This document shows, piece by piece, positions 23,957 through 36,431 of a stretch of 64,000 nt of DNA; position 1 is the stretch's first letter, and the number at the start of each line of letters is the position of its first letter. The notes beneath the pieces are model-generated. The model was not told the origin of the DNA, made no database searches, and was given only the letters and a program-made list of their open reading frames with translations. Where the stretch lies: contig CDMY01000302.1 of the NCBI GenBank assembly GCA_001179505.1, forward strand, positions 1-64,000, given 5' to 3'. The DNA comes from Vitrella brassicaformis CCMP3155 (lineage: Eukaryota; Protista; Chromerida). Made by a program: the position numbers and the translations under genes.

Positions 23957-25032
23957 ATGGCAGAATGTAGCTCAATGCAACGAGTGAATGTAACTCGAAT
24001 TCTCCTCCTTGTGATGCATCCATACGCTGCACATTGACGGCGGACGTCCACCTCCACACGCGTTGGGGCGCAGATCTTGGTGTCAGTGTGATGTGTTGGC
24101 TCACGTACGTAGTCAACAGAGCAAGCTTGTTTCAACAGAGCCGCGCGATGAGTATTTCGAAAACGATCCATCATTTTGCGAGCTCGAGTTTGGAAAGGCA
24201 GATCTCCTGAGGAGCGAACGCGCTTCCAGGATGATGGAATGTGCTGTCTGTGGCGCTGCGGCTCCCCAGGTACATCCCATCTCGATGGGAAGATGAGTCG
24301 TCTCATTAACGGATGTCTGAGGTCCTTTATCTGCAGAGCTGTTCGTGTCTGCAAGTCGCCTACTGCTCAAGGGCAAGCGCGACTGGTGCACATGGATACG
24401 GCATGACATGCTGTTTGTTTCGTGCAGGTGTGTCAGTTCTGCACAGGACTGGAAGAATCACAAGCGCATCTGCCCGAACGCCAAACACGCCAAGGCTGAG
24501 AGGGGCTGCTCGGAGGCATGCGCGGAATGCGGCAAAAGGGTAACCCAGGACAACGCTACGGACACTCGGGGCAAGAGACGAAGCACGATCTGTATCATTG
24601 TCTTTGCAGAGTGCTCGTGGAGAGGAGAAGCCCTTCTGCTCAAAGGTAAGTGGTTGTACGTGTGACCGCCCTGTGTGTGAGTGAGTGTGTGTGTGTGTGT
24701 GTGCATGCAGGCGTGTGCGTCGCGGCACAACAGCAAGAGGAGCCGAATGGCCTCGCAAAGCGCCAGCAACGATCAGGCAGCTCAGGTGCCGCAGTTGTGT
24801 CAAATCTGCAATAAGAGTGCGCCCACTCTGGTAAGCGTGTCAGCGCGCATGCCCCCGGCACCTCCCTCTCCGTCCCTTTGTTGCCTGTGACAGATGTGCA
24901 GGTGGTGAAGGAAAACCTTCGCGGTGTATTCAAAAGCAACGACACGCGCGTGATCCGCACACACGTCTGCTCCCACGTGCGTAAGACACCTCTTGCCTAT
25001 CAAGCGTCGCCATGCACGTGTGTACACACGAG

Positions 25033-25072
<40 letters not shown>

Positions 25073-27265
25073 TGTGCGTGTGTTAGGACTGTGCCAAGGA
25101 GATCGCGTCATTTCACCAGCGGCGCGAGGATGCCAAAATGTGCGCCTCCTGCGGGAGGAAAACCGACAAGGTACGATATTGACATGGCATGAGGAAGCCA
25201 CCCATCCGTTATCGTATCCGTCTTTCGCTTTCGCTTTGTGTCTGTGTTTGGTCAGTTGCGCTTCGGCATGTGCGTGGATGGCGACCGCATTGCCTTCGAC
25301 TATTTCTACCTTTGCTCGGACGTACCCACACACAGCACAGACACACGTATATGCGCACCCGTGACGCCATCTCCCTCTTTCCCTGCCTCCCTCAAGAATT
25401 GCTTCCACGCGCATCAGCAGCCAGCCAACGAGGCATTTCGGCTCATGACCAGCCCACCTGCACCCGGACAGCTGAAGTGTGACGTTTGCTCGCAAGACGC
25501 CACACAGCCGAAGGTATGACCCACCACACACACACACACACACGCATGCAGAAAGAGGGAGAGAGGGGGAGAGAGAATGAACGGGGGCGGTGTTGCTGCG
25601 TGTGTTATATCAGCGATGTGGTGGATGCCGGCAGCGTTTGTACTGCTCCAAGGTCTTCACATGAACTGAACACATCAACGCAAACACGAAGAGAGGAAGG
25701 GATTGTGCTGTGCTGTGCTGTGGTGTTTAGGATTGTCAGGCTGTCGACTGGCGTGACATGGGCCACAAGGACCTCTGCAAGAGACTAGCAGACACCGAGC
25801 ACAACACCAGCACCAACACAGCAGAGGGCACACAGACCGAGAGCACTGTCCTCAACTGCGAGATCTGCGGGCGGACAGCAACATATGTGAGTCTGGGAGG
25901 GAGCAAGAATCACCGACGACCGACCAACCGTGCACCGATGTGCAGAGTTTCATGAACGTCTGCGGCCGTGCCGATGGCCGGGAGATCTACAAACGTGTCA
26001 ATGGCTGCCATGCGACCGTAAGATGACACATACTTCGCCTCCACATGTGGATGGATGGGTCGATGGATGGATGGGTGGGTGGGTGCAGGCGTGTGTGCTG
26101 TTGATGAAGATGATCTACGACGCCGACGTTTGCACGCTGGGTGGTGCTTCACTTGTCAATGTCCCCGCACGTCCTGAGCCCATGAACCGGATCCCATCTG
26201 AGGGGTGTGGTGTTGCCACGAAATGCACGGTGTGCGGCGAGCCTGGCCACATGGTAAGAAGAGACAGACAGACAGACAGATCGACAGACAGACCGACAGA
26301 CAGACAGGCGATCGAAGCTCCCAGAGAGGCGCACCGCTGTTGTTTCTGTTGTTGTGTTTAGCGGTGCATTCACTGTTTGCACGCCACCTACTGCTCCGAG
26401 GTCCCCCCACTCGATGGATGAATCCCGCATATGTATGTGTTCTCCCTCTCTTTTATGTGTTCTCCCTCTCTTTGTACATGCGTATGGGTCGTCAATGCAG
26501 GCTTGTCAGAAGGCGGACTGGGATGCAGGTCATGGCGACCTCTGTGCGTCTCTTTCGTACCACCACGGCCGAGCCAATACAGCCAACACCGACCCCGAGG
26601 CCGACAGGATCGCACCAAGCAGGACGGCAATGCTCGCCGCAGCCAAGGCGGGACACGTCATCGAGATCAGATTCTTGTCGGAGGTATAAACAGATAGACA
26701 GACAGACTGATTAAGGGTACAATTGTTGGTTCAATCAGGAGACGAAGAATGTGCACCACATCTACCACCCGAGGACCACTCTTGGCAGGTGCGTCAAGTA
26801 CATCCGGGAGAAAGGCCTGAGCGAGCTTCCCCCCGAGCTGCGGCGATCGATACTCCAGCCGCGCGGCCTGAACGCCAAGGACCCCAAGGCCAAGTCGATG
26901 TATGCCCTGCTGCTGCATGAGACGATGCGCGACTTTGAGCGGAGGCTCAGGCACGGCAACTCGGGCTTTCAGCATCGGGACAGATCAGATTACGGCGCGG
27001 TAGGCCAAACAGACACACACGCAACACGCGCAAATGTGCCTCCACGTCTGTCTGCGATGGGCAGGATGTGTTGGAGTATGCATTGCTGATGAAGGAGCTG
27101 AAGCTGCCGGGTGTCGGGACGCCAGACGTGGCGTCGTCGATCGAAATTCTGCTGGCCGACGAGCGCAGCGTCAGAGAGGCGGAGACGGCCAAGGGGGAGC
27201 TGATGTTTGTGATGTTTCCGTTGGCGGGGCGCACGTGGGAGCATCCGGCCGAGGGAGAGGACTGA
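23957..27265 (+). CDS. Tandem zinc-finger protein: 3 MYND-type plus 4 degenerate CxxC..CSxxC (FCS/TRASH-like) fingers and a unique C-terminus
   Basis: CDVCSQDATQPK|RCGGCRQRLYCSK|DCQAVDWRDMGHKDLC and CTVCGEPGHM|RCIHCLHATYCSE|ACQKADWDAGHGDLC are canonical MYND. Ends EHPAEGED* at 27265. There may be upstream exons back to ~23501. Finger 1 has a splice/frame anomaly. Confidence 0.8.
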
Positions 27266-27689
27266 TGTGGATGGAGGTGCAGTGAGAGCTTTTTTGTGTG
27301 TTTTGTGGGTGGGTGAGAGAAGCCACATCGTGGATGTTCTTTGATGCATGTTGGGGCTCCCTTTTTTGGATGCGCTTATGTGCCAAGCAGCGTGCATTGT
27401 GTTTATGTGCATTGTGTTTATGTGAACAACTCTTTGAGACGCATCCAGTCCGTGCATGTATGTGGGCATCCATCAATCTCAGACATTGCCCCGATACATT
27501 TATGCATACATGCGCACAGCGGACGCATACAGCTAGTGGTGTGGCGTAGTGTAGTGCTCTGTCGAAGCATCCGAGGCAGGCCAGAAACGTGTGTCTCAGC
27601 CGTGTACATGGGATGTGCATCCTTTCAGCCAGCACTCGCATCAATCCATCCATCAGTCAACCAGACATAGTCCCCGACACATAGGCCCA

Positions 27690-28400
27690 CAGGTGGAAAG
27701 TGTTGCGCGTGACGCTCCAACTCTTGCTGCAGCATAGCATGCACAAGACACACACACACGCACACACACAGAGAGAGAGAGCGCTGAAGGCGGGCATGTG
27801 CGTCTTGTGTTCCTACAATGTGGGCGGGTGTGTGAAGCACCTGACCCCAACGCGCCACCACCACTGCAGGCACGATCCCCACCGCACACGCATATCCATC
27901 CACACAATCACCCAGCTCGTGTGTGTCCAACTCAGCTTACTCACTGCTGTGTATGTATGGGTATCCATAGAGCTCTGCAAACTTGTCTAAGGCGGCCTGC
28001 CGGCGGCGCATCTTCAACTCATCGCTGTCGTACTCGCCCATTGGATTACTGCATCAGGTCAGCGAAGGAGCCACACACACACACCCCGACACACAGAACA
28101 CCGCCATGCATTCTGTGGTCTGTGTATTCTTGCGTATCTTGATTGGCGTACTGTGGAATGACGGGTTCGATGCCGACGATGCGCGAGAGCGACATGTACA
28201 GCACCGGATCGACCAGCACTGAGTGCCACACCTCGTCGATGTGAGCCGGCACCGACAGGCGGCAGCTGCGGTCGTTCTCAACACCCTTCTGCACACACAC
28301 ATCACGGTAGCAAACAGACCATTTCTGCACACAAATGGGTGCAGGGCACTCACTAACAGCCCGACTGCCAACACCTCAGTGGCGACCTGACGCACACACA
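27690..28400 (-). CDS. GRDP/DUF1399-like (glycine-rich domain-containing protein family) hypothetical protein, partial model
   Basis: Spliced KGVENDRSCRLSVPAHIDEVWHSVLVDPVLYMSLSRIVGIEPVIPH|NPMGEYDSDELKMRRRQAALDKFAELYGYP resembles the P-x2-ID-x-VWH..P..Y..H-x-P motif. Both ends are unresolved. Confidence 0.55.
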
Positions 28401-29269
28401 GACACACAAATGCGCTCACGAAGGGCCCACAGGATACACGGCACTCATGCAGTCAGTGCCCCGATGGATGGCATGGCAGAGGTCACGTGGTGGTGCCCAG
28501 TGGCACCAGAGTGGTCGGCTGTTGTGTTGTGTTGGTCGGCTGTCTGTTGATTGGATGGGTCGCGAGACTCGTCAGGGGAGCGGCTCAGCGACATCGCCAT
28601 CCCTTCCTCTCTCTCTCTCTCTCTCTCCCTCGCCCATCAGTGGTCGCAGGGGGGACTTCTTGGCCTTCTTGGGCGATGACCAGCTGAGAGTGAGCTGCTT
28701 GATTCCGCGGCTGTCTGTCGCCTTGGCAATGCGGGCAGTCTGCATCAACAGCAAGTACACACACAACGACATGAGCACATGTTTGGTCTCGTGCATTCAA
28801 GTGTGTCGGCTGCTTTGCTGTGTGTACCTCCCTGCTGCGGTGTGGTGTAGCCGAGAGGGGGAGGTCACCACCTCGTGTGGGGTGGTGGTCCAGGTCCTGG
28901 GCTTCGTTTAGAGTGAGGAGGCCGCTGGCGAACGGACCGCTTCACCAGCTCCCGCGCTGTGCCGTCCGACTACTCGCACTGCTGGCGCACTTTCATCGGA
29001 CCAGATCACCCCGAGAGGAGTGGCCTGTGACTGGGCGGGTTCTGATCACCGCAGTCGTCTCGTGCGTCTGACCTCAAAGGTCGGGAGGGCAGGCGAAGTG
29101 GGTCAGAATGCCATCCGGCAGCATCTGGTGGTCCCCCTGTCACTCAACGCTCGATGTAATCGGGTCAGAATCACACGAGTTGTCTTCAATGCACTCGGCA
29201 ACGAGTGCCGAAAGAACGTTTCACGGCATTGCGAGCTCAAAGGTGAGGAAAGGCCCTGTGATCCAGATA

Positions 29270-29385
29270 CTCGCCATCTGAGCATCCAGGAAGGTGAGGA
29301 ACTCGAAGATCTCTAGGCAGCATGCTTGAGGATTCATCAGCTGTCGCTCTGCTCCCATTTCTGTGCAGCCCTTCAGTGAGGACCT
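29270..29385 (+). promoter_or_regulatory. Shared 5' leader module, copy M3
   Basis: catctgagcatccaggaag|gtgaggaactcgaag..ggcagcatgcttgaggattcatcagc..ctgtgcag|cccttcagtgaggacc. Confidence 0.65.
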
Positions 29386-29624
29386 CCGCTGCCGCCCGTC
29401 CACCAGCGTCAGGTACCGAGGCAGACCACACCGAACTGTGAGCCTCGCTGAGCTCGGTGTGTGTGCGTCAGATTGGTCGGTTTCGCCTCGGCTGTTCGCC
29501 CACCGCTCAAACAATCAGACTGGTGACCAACAAGTGACAGGTACGTCAGGGCCGAGAGAGGCGCGCGGCATCCAGTCACCACATTATGTGTGTGCCTGTG
29601 ACGCCGATGGTAGGCACAAAGACC

Positions 29625-31131
29625 ATGCTGCTGCTGGTGCTGCTGGTGGGAGTGTGGGCCACTGCCGTCGTCGCATTCGTGCCTCCCCTCGGCTATGCCA
29701 TCCGCCACCTGCAGCATGTGGGTTCCCACTCTGGTGGCCAGCAGCAGCAGCTGGACGTGCGGCGAGCCGAGCCGACTGAGTGGATGGCCGCCCTGCCTCT
29801 GCCTACCGTCGTGGTGCAGTCATCTTCGTCCACTCCCCATCGACACCGGCGGCTCCGTGGCTCCACTGCACTCATGGTGGGTCGGTGGGAGAGGGAGGCC
29901 AGGCGATCGGTGACTGACGCAGGCAACTGAATGTGTGTGGTGGGTGCAGGTGACCAATGACGCCGATACCGCCCCGCCTGCCGACCTGGACAGTCGCATC
30001 AGGGAGCTTCGGGAAAAGAAGGCGGCGCTGGAGCAGGAAGAGGCACAACTGAAGCAGCACTTTGCTCTCGCGCTTAAGCAGCCTGAGGACAAAGAGACCG
30101 TCATCAACAGCCTCCAGCAGCTCATTGTGTCGACCGACCAGCGCATTGTGTCAATCGATAACCGACTCAATACGCTGTACCAAGCACTCTTCTCCACACA
30201 GCGCCCTGGTAGGCACGCACCTCTCACACACACAGGGAGGGAGGGAGGGAGGGAGGGAGAGAGAACGACCCACACAAGCATGTGAAGAGAAGAGAAATGC
30301 GCACACATGACGACAGAGAGAAAGAAAGCGACCCGGCTATTCACCTGACGTGCCACATGGGTGTCTTTGTCTCTCTGTGTGTGTGTGTGCGCTGCAGAGG
30401 GAGTGACCAAGGAGGACTTGAAGGCGTTCCAGGAGAGCAACAAGGCGTTCCTGGAGGACAACAAGGCGTTCCAGGAGAAGTTATTCGACTTTATTACCAC
30501 TCAGAATGGCATACGAGAGATCAGAGAGCAGCAGAGATCTGATTCGCACCCCTGCGAAGCTGGACCAACTCATCTGGGAGCTTCGATCAGAGCAGGATGG
30601 GCTGCAGCAGGAAAAGGCAGAAGTCGAGGAAGAGCTCGAGCAGGAGAAGGATCCCGACACTCGCAAGCTCCTCACGCAGCGCATTCTGTCCACCAATCAG
30701 CTCATTCTGGCGACCATGCAGCAACTCACCCTGCTGTACCAAACACATTACTGCACACCGCCCCCTGGTACGAACGCACCTCACACACAGAGAGAGGGAG
30801 GGAGGGAGGGAGGGAGAGCGACACACACACACACACACACACATATGACGACACTAGAAAGAGGAACGCGCACACTGACAACAGAGAAGAAGAAAGAAAG
30901 CGACCTGGCGATGCACCTGATGTGCCACATGGGTGTCTTTGTCTGTCTGTGTGTGCATGTGCGCTGCAGAGGCCGCGACCAAGGAGGACTTGAAGGAGAT
31001 GAAGGACGATCAACCAGATAATGCTGATAAAGAAGCTCGAGGATGAGTATAATTTTCTGAGGCGCCAGCAGGAACTATCATCTCAACAACGAGGGCAGGG
31101 GGGAAGAAGCACCTCTCTGTCGAGCTGGTGA
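29625..31131 (+). CDS. Putative plastid-targeted coiled-coil protein, family B copy 1, two internal modules with a frame break at ~30530-30545 (possibly pseudogene)
   Basis: MLLLVLLVGVWATAVVA-FVPP..RRLRGSTALM (signal peptide + AF motif + transit-like peptide), then coiled-coil exons. Module 2 (TPAKLDQLIWELR..) is in a different frame from module 1, with no intron between them. Confidence 0.7.
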
Positions 31132-31739
31132 AGCCACGTAAGATGCTCAAGGCTCTCAGTGGCTGCACTGATGACTAGATAGAAGCGGGTCTGAAGCAGT
31201 CTGTTGGGCGATGAAAGAACTTCTCCTCAGAATTGCAGATGGTGAGAGATCGATAGGCAAGAAGGTGTGGTCCCGCAGGTTAGCCATGAACCCGCTTACT
31301 AGGTGGGATCGCAAGCCGATACCGTATGATGGACGATGGGAAGATATACGGCCTGGCTTTCTGTGTATATGTGTGGATTGGAATGCTTGTGTGGGTATGG
31401 GGAAATACAGACTCGAACTGGTTGGCTTTGTGCCGCTTCATCATGTCTCACCGTCATGCACGTACTGTGCAAGTGCTTTGCAATGCCCACCCAGTTGACA
31501 GCTTTTCAGGTGACGCATCATTCCAACCGCGCACACACGTGTGTTGGTCAACGTTGCAAGTCAAGCAGGGACAACCATACAGACAGACAGGCTCAAGATT
31601 TTGTCTGGGTCTATCTATGATGGACAGACAACCCTCACACACGTGCAAAGGAAGAAAGCAACCATGGCCAGCCAGCCGTGTGCCCCGCCCGACACATCCC
31701 TCCCTCCCTGCAGGTCAGTCAGTGATAGATACCCTTGTC

Positions 31740-34580
31740 TCACTGCTTCTTGTCGCTGTCGTCTTTCTTGTCGCCATCCTTCTTGTCGCCACCCTCCGCA
31801 CCAGACGGACCCTCACCCTGCCCACCATGCAGCTGCACACACAACCACACCAACCACATCCACGGACACTTCCGTGGAGGATGGATGGACAGATGCGTAC
31901 CTGCTGCAGTGCCTCCCTGATGCGGGGGTCGTTGACGTCGACGCCCGGCAGGCTCCCCAACATCTGACCTCACACACACACACGCACATGCATAGAGGAT
32001 CGGCGGCATGACATCCTTGTCTGCTTCTGTGTGTACCCGCTCCACGAACGCGGGATCTTGAAACATGGCATCCCCCCCAGCACCGGCAGCACCCCCAGCA
32101 CCAGCACTTGCAGCAGCGGCAGCGGCGGCGGTCTGGCCCTCACCGCCACCACCAGCGGCAGCAGCACTTGCTGAGGCACCTGCCGACCCAATGACACACA
32201 CACAGGCAAAGCGTCGTGAGAAAGAGAGAAAGAGAGAGAAAGAGAGAGAAAGAGAGAGTGCCGCGCATGTGTGTGTGCGCACCTGCAGCAGTGGCAGCGG
32301 CAGGTGCAGCGGGCTGCTCCTCCTGCTTGGCCTGCTCCATCGGCACGTCTGCACACACACACAGATATGAACAGCATGTGCATCACCTCGCACCCGTCAC
32401 CGCTGCCAGCCTCCCTACCAGCGGCCGGCGGTGCGGCGTCTTCCTGCAGCGACAGCAGCAGCGCCTGACGCAACTCGTCGTCAACACCTGCTTAGAAATA
32501 TGGACACACATGTGTGTGTGAGGCCGTGATGTCCATGCGCACGCACACACAGGAATGAAGCAGACGCACCTTCCATGGCCTCGATCTCTGCACGCGTCAT
32601 GGCGCGGTCGGCTGATGTGTCCGCTGGTGCCGCCGGGGCAGCTGTAGAACGAGAAAAGAACACATTCACGTATGTTTGTGCTGTGAATGAGTGAACACGC
32701 TCACTCGTACCTGCGGTCTGTGCCTGTGTCTGCCCCTCCTGTGCTGTGGCCGTGGCTGTGCCGCCCTCTTGTGCAGGCTGTTGCTCCTGCTGCTGCTGCT
32801 GTTGGCCGGCTGGCGCATCTGAGGGGACACGTGTATGTATCCTCCATCATGTGGGTGAGTGTTGGTGGTGTGGGTATGGGTATGAGGGCAGTCGACTCAC
32901 TGACCTTCCTGTCCCTTTTGCTGTCTGCTTCTCTCCTCCTCGAGCGAGATGCGCAGCGCCATGTACAACTCGGGATCTGCACTCACACACACGACGACAC
33001 AACACACCATGACACACACACTCCATCCACTCATGAGTGTGTGTGGTGTGTGAGGAGATACCGACCTGCGTTTGGGTCGACGCCGAACTCGTTGGCGCCG
33101 CCCCCGCCAGTCGCAGCACCGCCCGGCACACCTGCGCACACACACACAGACAGGCGCAGTGTGTGCGATCGGTCTGTGTGCTTGAGGACATCTGCGTGTC
33201 GACCGACGTACCTCCTCCTTCAGTGTCCATGGGAACGCCGTCCTCGCCGCCGGACATCTCGACTGAGTCAACAGATAGAACCCTGTGTGCGTGTTGTGGT
33301 TGTGCGTACTGATGGGCGATGACAGCAGGTAGTCCGACAAGATGCGATCAGAGGGCACCTGTGCAAGGACGCGCCGACACACAGGTGAGCGCATTTCTTC
33401 CCCTCTTTGCTGTGTGTATCTCTGTCCCTATGTCCCTCTGTGTATATGTGTTTGTACCTCCACCAGGTGGGAGTTGTTGTTGCTGTCGACAGTGGCGATC
33501 AGCTTGGACAACTTGGCGCTGTTGGGCTGCGTATCGCCTGCATGCACACACACGTGCAGCCACAGACAAGACCCCCACACAGACACGTTCCATCTCTTTC
33601 TGTCTGTCTGTCTGTCTCTGTGTGTGTGCGTCTGGTGGGAGGTGCACCGAACGAGATGAGGTCCAGCGCGACGTTGTTCTTCTTCAGGTTCTTGCCTGCG
33701 CAGAAATGCGCACACAGACAGACAGATGAATATTCACGTGTCTGTGTCTGTGTCTGTGTGTGGGGAGGGAGACTACCGATGGTCTCGAGTTGCTTCTCCG
33801 TGGCCTCGACGGGCGAACCGATGAAACACACTGATGACGACACGCGATACACACACACACACCTGGGTGTGTGTAGACAGACAAGTGTGTGGGTACCGAT
33901 GCGCTGCTTCTGGTTCTTGTTGGGCCGATGCTTCAAAGCCAGCTGCACACACACATTCATGCCTTCCTGTACAGAGGCTGCTGCGCTGCGCTGCGCAGAC
34001 GCACCTGTGCGGTCTGGATGCCTCGCAGGAAATCGCTCGTCCCGGCAATCGATATCTGCACTCAGTGGACACGAACCATCACACGCACACACACGCTGCA
34101 TACATTTCTTGACTCGGCTGCTCGTCGTCACCTCACCTGGCTGAGTCCGCTGAGCATCTTGCCGAGGTCAACCGTGGGCGTCACGCGCACCTCAACGCTG
34201 CACACACACACACACACATGCACACGGGGACACATACGAGTTGTCTTGTGTTGTATTAGGTGGTGTTGTTGCGTCAAGGTCGCGCACCGTTCGCCAGCCA
34301 TGGTCATGATGCCGACAGAGTTCTCCGGGTGCTGCTGCGTCTTGGCGCCACATATCAAATTCGCACTGTCCAACTGATGGATGTAAGGACAATACACACA
34401 GCCATACACAACAAAGAGTCACCCAGAACGAGGCCCTTGTTTGGTGCACATCTCTCTCCCTCTCTCTGCCCTCCCTCCCTGCGCCAGCCCACATCCATCT
34501 ACCTGTGCTTCGAATCGCGTCGGGCTCACGTCACCATTGCGCGTGTACTCACTGTTGTCTGGTGGCAGGGAGGGAAGGAC

Positions 34581-34611
<31 letters not shown>

Positions 34612-34747
34612 GGCAGGCAGACAGACAGACAAGAGATGCCGGCGCAATCAACACACGTGATCACGTCTATGCCGGGTGCATCTCTCTCTGCCTTTCTGGG
34701 TTGTGAGCGTGCGTACCGATGCACAGCAGCGTCGCCTCCAGCGGCAT
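31740..34747 (-). CDS. RPN10: 26S proteasome ubiquitin receptor RPN10/PSMD4 (vWA + UIMs)
   Basis: MPLEATLLCI|DNSEYTRNGDVSPTRFEAQ, NLICGAKTQQHPENSVGIMTMAG, LALKHRPNKNQKQRI, KNLKKNNVALDLISFG, UIM DPELYMALRISLEEER, C-terminal LGSLPGVDVNDPRIREAL. Confidence 0.95.
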
Positions 34748-34956
34748 CTTGTCTTGGTCAAATCAGGCACTGCTTGCCTCTACACACACGCACAGGCATC
34801 CCCAGAGAGAGACAGACTCAGATGCAGGCCACCCAGACCGACTTTTTCGCCCGTTTCTTGCTTCATTACCGGTGTGTGCACTCTCTGCGAACCGCACAAG
34901 CCCGTCAGCAGCCAAGAAACCGAGACTCGCCTTAGGAGATCGCCAGGTGCGAGCTC

Positions 34957-36396
34957 ATGGGCGGGCAAGCTAAACCCGCAGAGGTGAGACTGGGGGAGGC
35001 ACAGCAGCGGGAAAGCAGTTGACAGGGAGAGGCAGAGGAGATTTGTCGTTGAGGCGGCAGCAAGGCAGCTCACATTTCAGTCAACGGTCAGCTGCTGCCT
35101 GGGGTGGCTGTGGCTGTGGGTGGTGGGTGCTATAGTTCCTGACTCTCTGCCTGTCTGCTTGTGTGTGCAGGTGTGTGTAGAAGGCCTGACAGACAGTGTG
35201 GCTGTCTGCACACTGCAGCAGCAGCAGCAACACAAGGAGGGGGTCGTGACGAGCAGAGGTATTTCGAAGGAACGAGGATGGGCACACTCAACACACGGAG
35301 GGAGTCCTGCTGAGCGGCCGTCTGTCTATCTGTCCGTCCGTCTGCCTATCTTTGTGTGTGTAGAGGATGGGCAATTGTGCGTCGCGGCCCAGCGATGTGG
35401 CCGTCCCTCACCCGCCACAACACGTAGCCCCGGCACACACAGATGGAGAGGGATTCCCTGCAGCAGGTGTGTATCTCTCTCTATTGTATGTACTTGGTTG
35501 CAGAGGGAGGTGGTGAGATCGGCTGTCAAGGACAAGGCGGCCAAGCAGCACCATCAGCCGCATCATCCGAGAGAGAATGGCCAGACAAATTCACATGGAG
35601 AGATGGCGATGGCGCAGGTGCGCTTATCGACACATACGCATGATACCGTCCACAGCACCTCACTTCTGCTCGTCTCGTGTATGTGCTGGTGTAGAATGAC
35701 GTGCGCCACAACAACCATAACCATGTGCAGCAGCTGTCGGCATCGTCAGCAGCGTCAGCGTCAGCCTCGTCGTCCAAGAATGAGGGCGGCGGGAGGCCAT
35801 CACAACCACCACCGTTGCCACAGCAGCAGCAGCAGCAGCAGCAGCAAACAGAGGAGCACCAGATGGTACGAGAAATGGACAGACACCCTGAGCGTAGTCT
35901 GAGTCAGCCAATCGTTGTGTGTGGTGATGTGTGTGTGCAGGTGTGCGTCCCTGCGGCAGCCGCGGCGGCGAGCGACAGCAAGTCTGCGGACAACGGCACC
36001 ACACGCGATGAGGTATGCAGGCCTGTCAGTCTCTAACTGTTTATGAGAGACGGATGAGAATGCCTTGCGTGTGTGCCTTGTTGTGAATGTGCAGACGCCG
36101 CTGGAGCAGCAGAATGGGACCCACCCGCAGATTGTGGAGCTGCCTGCAAAGACCAGCAATGGTACACACACACATACACACACACACACACACATAAAGA
36201 GGCAGACAGACCGTTTCTGTGCTTCTGTTTGGTGTGCCTGTGTGAATGAGCAGACGACCACAGTGAGAAGAAAACGGATGTCAGTAACGGCAATAATAAC
36301 AACAACAACGGCACCAGCAGCAGCAGTGGACAGGTGCGCACGTGTGCGCATGGGTGTGGTGTGGCAGGTCGATGTGCTGAATATGTGCCACATACG

Positions 36397-36431
<35 letters not shown>

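Larger units (their letters stand above)
29228..31210 (+). repeat. Copy 1 of a second inverted dispersed duplication (partner ~50420-52015, minus strand)
   Basis: Multi-exon 5' UTR, leader exon, coiled-coil exons and the 3' flank (agatgctcaagg..ggctgcactgatgac..ggtctgaagcagtctg) match the reverse complement. Confidence 0.9.
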
